A DNA stretch of 64,000 nucleotides from Eledone cirrhosa (taxonomy: Eukaryota), in assembly GCA_964016885.1 (NCBI GenBank), contig OZ024740.1, positions 116,870,001 to 116,934,000 on the forward strand, written 5' to 3'. Positions 54,607 through 64,000 of this stretch are shown here, piece after piece. How positions within the stretch are numbered: the stretch's first letter is position 1; every line of letters begins with the position of its first letter. A program made the translations under genes and the position numbers. The notes below the pieces were generated by a model. The model was given only the letters and a program-made list of their open reading frames with translations, made no database searches and was not told where the DNA came from.

Positions 54607-55882
54607 GCTTCTGGTTTTATAATTTCACAAAGTTTTACCAATAGAGAGAGAGTCGGTTTCTAACATAGACACAAGACTCTCTCATTGGAATTTACACAAC
54701 ATCAACTAGGTAGATATGTATGTCTGCATATCTGCATGTGTAGATATGGATGTTATTGTATGTGTGGATGTGGATGTTTTGAGTTGTATGTGTGCATGTG
54801 TATATGCTTTGTATCTGTACATGTGTATATGCAGTTATTAGATGCAACATTTTTTGAATGTTTTACATATTTTTACTGTTCCATTAATGGATTGTACTTG
54901 TAATTTCCTAACTAGTTGTGTTCTTTCTGTTCCTGTGAAGCCTAGCTTCTCAAGATTTGTATTGAGGCAGTTACTAACATATCCCAGTGCCCCAATAATC
55001 ACAGGCATAAATCTGAAGGTGTAATCAGGGTGGAGTATCTGCAGATTTCTCATCAGCTCTGCATAAATATTCTCCTTTTCATTAATCTTTGATATTATAT
55101 TGGCATCTGCTGGGCAGCTAATTTCCACTACTGTGCATGTTTTCTTCTCCCTGTCCCATATCATAATATCTGGTCTGTTATGCCTGCATTTTATTGGGGT
55201 TTTTACTGGAACATTCAACGAGTACTCTTTCATATTAGCTTTTAATGTGTTTATTATCGGGGCTATCTTTTTTACGAACTGCATTGTACAGTGTTTTGGC
55301 CACTACATCATGCCTCATAGGTAGATAGTACCGCGATGACATCTTTGGACAGCTGCTGATGACATGGGTGATATCCTCGATGTTAGTTCTGCAGAGTCTG
55401 CACTTGTTATCACATCTAGGTGTTTTGCCGGCATCCCTATCTCTTTTGTGAATCAGGTATTTCGTGCTAATCTCCTGTTCCTGGATTGCAAAAGCGTATC
55501 CTTCAAAGTGGGAGCCAATATAGCGGTTGTTGGTCCAAGATAGACTACTTTCCTTATCTATATTACTCTCACTCTGGAGCTTCCTGGCAACATATCCATG
55601 CATGATTTTTTGCTGATAGGCATGCAGTTTTTCATCCATGGATTCAATGCGATACTGCTGAGCGACATACCTGGGTGTGAGTTTTTGATTATCACACAGG
55701 GAATATCTCTCAAGGAGTTCCTTCCCAACTCTCATGATCTTATCTGTTTCATGCAGATAGACTTGCTCGAGAAACGGGCTCCTACGCTTCGAGGTTCGTA
55801 GATGTTGTCGGAGAGATATGGTGCGACATTCAAATGTTGTCTGGACTGATGTTAGGCCTCTGCCTCCCTGCTTACGTTTCAA
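54607..55882 (-). mobile_element. 5'-truncated R4/Dong-type non-LTR element (CCHC knuckle plus RLE endonuclease) in (TACA)n
   Basis: GGRGL; QEQEISTK; CRLCRTNIEDITHVISSC; RHD; frameshift near 55270; RPDIMIWD..VEISCP..EKENIY..PVIIGALG; stop at 54838; (GTAT)n on both sides. Confidence 0.9.
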
Positions 55883-55964
55883 GTATGTATGTATGTATGT
55901 ATGTATGTATGTATGTATGTATGTATGTATGTATGTATGTATGTATGTATGTACGTATGGTGAT

Positions 55965-57730
55965 ATGTCAGGTCACCAGTTGGTGCTACTGGTAACATGT
56001 ATCCCAGTACAACCTGTCTCATGGTCGGGTCGTTGGCGACTAAACTGGCAGCCCCAACAAGGTTTCTTGGTGAGGAGGGTGACTTTGGACATCCTGCAGG
56101 ACTAAAAACAAAACCTGTCAAAGGGCAAAGGACCTCTTAAAAGTCAATGGCCATCCAAAATCACCGGGAGAGATGACCCCTTAGCCTTTGTCAAGGCAGA
56201 ATTCTAGCAGAAGGTAAACTCTGATATAACACCTGCAACCCTGATGGTATCCAATGATGTTGACTTGTTCTTCTTTTTGGTAAATATCATCTTGGTCAAG
56301 AGAGTGGGACTGGCTTTGTGCAGTGCATTTGCTCACTATAAAAGCTTCACGGCACAGGCATTGCTTTATATCTGGGGATCTTTCTGCACTTGTCGTCGCA
56401 TGGTACCATGGGCCCAGCACTATATGACAATTATTGTCACAAGTGTAGTGTTTGTACCAGAGTTTTCAAGTCGCTGGCTTGACTAAAAAGTCACACTCGT
56501 TCAGCGCATCGGTAGGAGTTCTCCTACATGGATATAAAGTAGTGGCCGTACTCGAAAACGAGTTGGCAGCCACCATGTACGTATGTATCTATGTCGCATG
56601 GTCGAGTCGTCGGTGACTAATCCGGCAACCTCACCAGGTTTACTTGGTGAGGAAGGTGAGTTTGGACACCCTACAGGACAAAAAACAAAACTTGACAAAG
56701 GGCGGAAGAATTCATAAGGGTCAACGGCCATCCAAAAGTGTGTAAATATGTATATACACATGTACGTATATATGTATATATATGTATGTGCGTAGGTGCA
56801 TGTGTATGTATATGCGCAGGGACATATACATAGTCGGGCTGGACACCAATCGCGCGGTTAAACCACTGGGAGTGAAGGACCCCTAGCCTTTCTCAGAGCA
56901 TTCTTCTAGGAGAGGGCAACTCAGTAAACTGGGATAACTCCGATATAAAAGCTGCGGCTCAGTAGTTACTGATGATGTTGATCTTTTCTTCTTTTCGGAT
57001 TATAGCTACTGTCGCTCAGAGAGTGAGATTGGCTCAGTACACAGTCTTTCCTTACTTTAAAAAATATCTTCACGCACAGGCATTGCACGATAGAATTAAT
57101 TAATAATTATTGATAATGGTATATCATGCAATGGCCATACTTGATAACGAGGGGCAGCTATCATGTATGTATGTATCTATGTATGTATGTCGGGTCACTC
57201 TTGAGTGCTACTGGTAACATGTAACCCAGTACAACCTGTCGCATGGTCGGGTCGTTCGCGACTAAACCAGCAACACCACCAAGTTTACCTGGTGAGGAGG
57301 GGGATTTTGGACATCCTGCAGAACGAAAAACAAAACATGACAAACGGCGGAAGAACTCATAAGAGTCAACGGCCATCCGAAAGTGTGTAAATATGTATAT
57401 ACACATGTAACGCGCAGTTAAACCACTGGGAATGAAGGACCCCTAACCTTAGTCAGGGCATTCTTCTAGGAGAAGGCAACTTAGGAAACTGGGATAACTC
57501 CGATATAAAACCTGCGGCTCAGTAGTTACCGATGATGTTGATCTTTTCTTCTTTTCGGGTTATAGCTACTGTCGCTCAGAGAGTGGGATTGGCTCAGTGC
57601 ACAGTCTTTCCTCACTTAAAAAAAGAATTTTCACGCACAGGCATTGTACGGTAGCATTAATTATTTATAATTATCAATAATGTTATATCGTGCAATGGCT
57701 ATACTTGATAACGAGAGGGCAGCTATCATG
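55965..57730 (+). mobile_element. Three RTE-derived non-autonomous copies (55965-56425 diverged, 56592-57163, 57188-57730)
   Basis: Same blocks as 18455-19062 with differing internal junctions; GTAT repeats precede each copy. Confidence 0.8.
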
Positions 57731-58070
57731 TATGTATGTATAAATCAGGATACAACCAGTTTAAAACTAGTTAGATCATTACTCAACCTTACTTCCTGTG
57801 GTTAATCCCAATTAAGCCTGGGACTCATATATATATATATATAGATATATATCAGGATAGAATCAGTTTAAAACTAGTTAGACCATTACTCCATTATTCA
57901 ACTGATTATTCGATACTTGGGGTAGTAGGGTATAGCTATATTATAAAGAGTCGGAACTCGACGGCTGACCTCCTGTTGTTTCAACAGTTAAATCCAGAAG
58001 GAGCTGTTAAAGCGGCAAGAGCTCAGCTGACGAGCTCAGCCGTCGGGTTCCACCTATTTATAATATATAT

Positions 58071-58202
<132 letters not shown>

Positions 58203-58391
58203 AACGAGTAGGACCCCGACGGCTGAGCTGAAGCCGTTTCGACGGCTAATTCTGGGTCCAGAATTAGCCTTCGAAACGGCTTGAGCTCAGCCGTCGGGGT
58301 CCTACTCGTTCCTATTACCCACTCTACTAACCTAAGTATTGAGTACTTTGGTGCGTTATGGTCCACCTGGTTCCTTACCACATTTCCTCCG

Positions 58392-58433
<42 letters not shown>

Positions 58434-60280
58434 ACACACATAGTTCTAGTGGGTATTGAAGGTAAAATGTATTCGCGATAAACAACAAACAGTACTGTTA
58501 ACACATTAATTTTCCCTTTTGTTTGTAGACTGGTACCTATAGAACCATTGGCGGTGAATGAGCAGAGTCTAGAAGAAATTGGAGGCGCGTGGCCTTGTGG
58601 TAAGGGTGTTGAATTTACGAACATAATGTCATGGGTTCGATTCCTGGGCTGGTTTGCGTGTTGTGTTCTTGAGCAAAACGCTTCATGTCACGTTTCTCCA
58701 GTATATTCAGCGGAAAATGAGTACCAGCAATAGCTGGGTGTTTAACCCTGTGATGGACTGACGTCCTGTCCAGGGGGTGGGGGTGGGGGTTCTTGTGATT
58801 ACAGTCGCTTCACGCCATGAAACCGTGATAAGCACCGGCCTAACGAGCCATCTGGCCTAAGACAGACATTGGTTTCTCTATAAGAAATTGGCTGTTTAGG
58901 TAAGGAAATAAAAAGGTTTGGCTAGATATAAATGCCACGACAGAGCCCCTACAATTGACATGATGAATCTATAGATTCCTCTAAATGCAACTATGTAGGT
59001 TCTTCTTGCACCAATAAATTAAAAATTTGAATTAGTAAAGGAACGAAGACTATTCGAGTGATGTGTTTCAAGCTGTTTGAATATTTCTGTTCGAATTCTA
59101 GAAGTAGGTGTCCTACCTCAGTAATTTCAGAGATATGTTAACGTCTTGCACAGGTGAAAAACGTGTATTTTGTTCATTAAAATATATGTATGCTAACAGA
59201 AGGATCGGTTTTATCAGCGAGTGTTACTCAGAAATGAAAACCACATGGGCAATAAAAGTAAAGACGTCTATCATGATTCTATTTACATATACAAACAGCT
59301 AGATTTTGTTTATATCATTTTGCGATATACTTCCTCTCTCGACATATGAGTAATCAATCATTACTTTTATCGAGCTTACATTGGGTATCAACTTGTGATT
59401 AGGGAGACCGGAGGCCAGATTAAGTGACCCAGTAAGATGATACTTTAATCATAGCTCACTAACAAACACAAAACAAATGTGTACAAATGATATCCCAGAT
59501 GCTAAATGGGATTGGAAGTTATGTTAAGATAAGCTACACTGAGATATCAAAGCGAAATACTAGAGGCAGAGAAAACTTGTGATAGTTTATGGTGACAAAA
59601 TTCAGTTCAATAACATTTACGAAATGGAATATGTTTGTGTGAAATGAAAAATATATTCTAAAGTTTCGAAATTAGCAACTTCTACTCCTTAGCGTGGCCT
59701 AATGGTTCGAATACTTGACGTAGGATCGTAATGTCGTCGGTTCGATTCGTGGACAGGCTGCAGCGTTGTGTTCTTGAGCAAAACACTTTTTTTCATGTTG
59801 CTCCGATACACTCAGCTGACAGTGAGCACCAGCAGTAGCTGACGAGTTAATCCTGCGATAGACCGGTGTAATGTCCAGGGAGTGTCTTGTACTCTCAGTC
59901 GCTTAATGCCAAGGAAATAGGGGATAAGCTCCGGTCCGATGAGCCTTCAGCTTAGAACAAACTTTAATTGAACTTAACTAATTAGCAATTCCTACAACAC
60001 AACAAATTTGTACCTAGATTAATGTGCCTAGATTTTCTAACAGGAAAATGTCTCACATTTGGGGAAGGTACATAATTGATTATATTGACTCCGGTGCTTC
60101 ATTAGTACCTATGTGATTGAAAGAAAGAGTCGACCATGGAGTGATTCGAAATTAGAATGTAATGGAAAGAAACTAAATACTGTATGACATTTGTCCGGTG
60201 CCCTACCAATCCTGTCAATCTATCCCAATTTTTACTCGTTTTAATAAGCGCGAGAGAAACTTTGCTTCATTATATTACCA

Positions 60281-60465
60281 GTGGATTGGCAGTATCGGTA
60301 GAGGGTCGGACATCATGCTTTCCAGCATAGTTACGTCCCTTTACAGTCTGAGTTCAAATCCTGCCGAGGTTAACTTTGCCTTTCATCCTTACTGGGTGGA
60401 TAAAATAAAGTACCAGTAATGTACTGGGTAATTGCTGGCCTTGTGCCAAAAGTAGAAACAATTAT
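60281..60465 (+). mobile_element. SINE family A
   Basis: Family A body; TSD tattaccagt. Confidence 0.9.
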
Positions 60466-60842
60466 ATTACCAGTAGATATGATTAATTAAACTCTGAGGA
60501 GTGAAAATCCAAGGTTACTTCGGTATTATTTCAACTTAGGTGGTTTACGTTTATAAACAGAAATAGAGAGAGATTGACATTCATGGAAAGAGAGGAATGA
60601 TAATGGTTCCTGATTTAGGCACAAGGCCAACAATTTGGGGGAGGGAAAGTCAATTAAATCGAACCCAGGGCGTGACTGGTACTGTATTTTATCGACCCAT
60701 TAAAGATGAAAGACAAAGCTAATCTCGGGAGATGTTTTACATTCTTCTAGTGGTTTTGGGATTAGACTGCGACCATGCTGGGGAACCGCCTTAATTTCAA
60801 GAATGTAAGACGCAGATATCGATCTCATTACTATTATACATA

Positions 60843-60941
60843 CAGGATGTCCCTAAAAAATGTATACATACTTCAACATCATTCTAATAAATATTGTCTG
60901 TACAGGTAATCAAAGTATGTATACATTTTGTGGATACCCTG
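60843..60941. mobile_element. Tc1/mariner-type MITE
   Basis: TA|CAGGATGTCC...GGATACCCTG|TA; interior shared with 32033-32120. Confidence 0.75.
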
Positions 60942-60960
60942 TATACACACACACACACAC

Positions 60961-61011
<51 letters not shown>

Positions 61012-61018
<7 letters not shown>

Positions 61019-61926
61019 GTAAGTCCAAAGAATCATTAGGTAAAATATATACAGTATTTCCTCTCCCAATCAGTATAAATCAACCACATAAAAAAATCAT
61101 TTAAACGAGGCTATAAGTTTAAAATGTACTTATGAAGAAATAATAGACAAATGATACAGATTATTTTCCGCGATGTACAGCTATATGACACTTATCTGGG
61201 ACTATGTCTAATTATATGTATATACCCTTTGAATTTAATATATACTCCCGTAAGGTTGAATTTAGGCAGTATTCGGCTGCGCTTTCTAGCAATCAGCCTA
61301 CTCGCCGACAGGCACCAATCACAAACTTTCTGCCTTGACCACTGGCCACGTGATGGTTCTTAGCCATTTTAAATTCATTTCTGGCGGGGATCATGGTAGG
61401 AGAAACTGAGCCCAGTCTGGGGTATCTCCTGATGAGTTCCAAATCTCGTGGATTTATCCAGGACTGGGTATATCCAAAAAGCGGAACGAAATCAACGGTG
61501 GTAGAGACTATGAGAATTCTAGTAAAATTTATGTACATTTTTTCTTCAAACTTATATTTTGTACCTAATTCCGAGTAGTTAACTATTTGTCTAGTCAATT
61601 TCTACAGGCTAGAAGAAATAATTAGATAAATGTCATATAGCTGTACATCGCGAAAAATAATCTGTATCTTTTGTCTATTATTTCTTCATAAGTACATTTT
61701 AAACTTATAGCCTCGTTTAAATGATTTTTTTATGTGCTTGATTTATACTGATTGGGAGAGGAAATACTGTATATATTTTATCTAATGATTCTTTCGACTT
61801 ACATTTTTATATATAGCTCTGATTAATAATTATTTAATTAATTCTTCATTGAGCCACACCGTGAATGGTTGCCACACTCATATATGTATCTGTGCTTATG
61901 TCTAATTATATGTATATACCCTTTGA

Positions 61927-61935
<9 letters not shown>
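61012..61935 (+). mobile_element. HHR-containing ~694-nt unit with terminal redundancy and an inverted 5' arm
   Basis: atgtctaattatatgtatataccctttgaattta at 61204 and 61898 (period 694); 61012-61198 is the inverse of ~61624-61810. Confidence 0.85.
61425..61507 (+). ncRNA. Type I hammerhead ribozyme
   Basis: tctc-CTGATGA-gttcc..ggaac-GAAA-tcaacggtgg-TA-gaga; covaries with the 7733-7814 copy. Confidence 0.85.
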
Positions 61936-61997
<62 letters not shown>

Positions 61998-62214
61998 TAA
62001 ACGGAATAGAAAATGCTGACAAATTGTTCACAGTCGAAAAATGGTTTAATTAGGAATAAAAGAGTATTAGTGATTGTATGGGTTAGTATTCAGTTGTGGT
62101 TTTAAGTTTTTAAGTTTTTACCGGTTGCGCATTTCTAAATGCTTTTCAAAAATAATTTTGAGATAGAGTGTCCGTGTTGTTTGCTCTGATCTGATTAGTT
62201 TTGGGAATTCTACC

Positions 62215-62460
62215 TGTTTTTATGTTAAAAAAGTGGCTCCAGCGTTACTTTGGTGTAGCAAAAATTCTTGTGGTCAAAACAATTTTGATTGGTCGGTAGA
62301 GGTCATGTGAATGTAAAAAATTGATTTTGCGCCAAGACTGTTTTTATGTTAAAAAAGTGGCTCCAGCGCTACTTGGTGTTTGCAAAAATTCTTGTGGTCA
62401 AAACAATTTTGATTGGTCGGTAGAGGTCATGTGAATAAAAGATTGGTTTTGCGCCAAGAT
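62215..62460. repeat. 124-bp tandem duplication
   Basis: tatgttaaaaaagtggctccagcg at 62221 and 62345. Confidence 0.9.
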
Positions 62461-62484
62461 TGAGAAATGACTCTTTCACAACAA

Positions 62485-62522
<38 letters not shown>

Positions 62523-62590
62523 TAGTAGTAAGGTGTTCGATGTTGTGATAATGGTTAGCAGGGATGTGTGTCAAATGGCTATTAAGATAA

Positions 62591-62621
<31 letters not shown>

Positions 62622-62804
62622 GCAGAGTAATTCGTGGTAGCAGGGATGGTCAGTAAGAATGTGTCTGAAAGCAATGGGGGGTATTTTAGCATGTCAAAAG
62701 ATATTTTTCAGCTTTTGTCTTATACGGAGAAGTGCGTGTGTGTGTGTGTGTGTGTGTGTATAAGTCTCTTTGTATGTTAATGTACGCGTGTGTATGTGTG
62801 TGTG

Positions 62805-62845
<41 letters not shown>

Positions 62846-63012
62846 ACCAGTATTTTTTTTCCCTGGTAAAATGGTGTACATTATTCGATTTTTTCAGTAA
62901 AATCGGTTCTCTTAATAGAACATCAAAAATCTTAACAATAAAAGGTGTGAAATGATATTCACTATATATATATACACATACATATATTCACTATATATAT
63001 ATGTATATAAAT

Positions 63013-63055
<43 letters not shown>

Positions 63056-63231
63056 TTTTTTTGTGTTGCACTATAGAGCATGTGTGTTTACGTATGTCAT
63101 TGTGTTTATATGTGGGTAGAGATGTGTGCTGATGTAGGTATGTATGTTGACGTGTGTATGTTGTGGGTTCGTCTTAGGGAGAAGTGTTTAGACATATATA
63201 AATATATATATATATAAATATATATATATAC

Positions 63232-63288
<57 letters not shown>

Positions 63289-63726
63289 TATATATATAAA
63301 TATATATGTATAAATATATGGAGAAAAACCACAGACCCTCCATCTCAACTCTACTTTGGAAAAGCAAAAGAACTGCGAAACCGGTAAAGGCACCAAATAA
63401 ATATATATATATTTTTTTAATAAGACTCCAGTTGCATTTTCGATTTCATCTTTTTTCTTTATACTTTCACTCGTGTAGGACACCTCGGTTATTTTTCATT
63501 TTGTAAAAATAACTTCACTTTCTAATATATATATATAACGAAGGAAATGTGGTAAGGAACCAGGTGGCCCATAACGCACCAAAATACTCAATACTTAGGA
63601 TAGTAGAGTGGGTAATAGGAACGAGTAGGACCCCGACGGCTGAGCTCAAGCCGTTTCGACGGCTAATTCTAGTCCAGAATTAGCCGTCGAAACGGCTTGA
63701 GCTCAGCCGTCGGGGTCCTACTCGTT

Positions 63727-63781
<55 letters not shown>

Positions 63782-64000
63782 CACAAGCTTCTGCAGTTTC
63801 CGTTTACCAGAATTAATTCCCATGTCATTGGACAACCCAAGTGTATACTACAAGACATTTGCCCTGAAACCACTTGGCTGCAAAGCGAATTCCTCAACCA
63901 CACAGCCATGCCTTGCGCATATAACGCAACACATTGAAAATTCACATAATGACAGAAAGAATCTAAATTATTTCTACAAACAAAATCTGTAATCGGAATT

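Noticed and set aside
61293-61598. 101-aa antisense ORF inside the 693-nt unit (Obelisk-like coding?)
   Set aside because: No corresponding ORF in the 7160-8112 homolog and no recognisable motif.

Overview
AT-rich, microsatellite-saturated eukaryotic DNA. The repeat landscape suggests an octopus/cephalopod genome, which is an inference. The only host-gene sequence I can support is one internal homeobox exon of a Mox/Meox gene (minus strand, 6681-6856), so most of the window is probably intronic. The rest is mobile DNA: a near full-length but frameshifted RTE LINE (26366-30390), a second RTE 5' fragment, an R4/Dong-type RLE LINE 3' end, two Penelope-like (GIY-YIG) fragments, tRNA-derived SINEs, an RTE-derived non-autonomous family, Tc1/mariner-type MITEs and Helitron-like elements. 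The most striking signal is hidden in the (TA)n tracts. Several unrelated short families carry type I hammerhead ribozyme (HHR) motifs with short palindromic stem III, including U3-A8 and GCAA core variants, and many are inserted as long fold-back palindromes. One family is a ~693-nt HHR-containing unit present as two differently permuted, terminally redundant copies, the signature expected of a retrozyme-like element copied from circular or multimeric RNA. All structures were paired by eye; no folding or database search was run.
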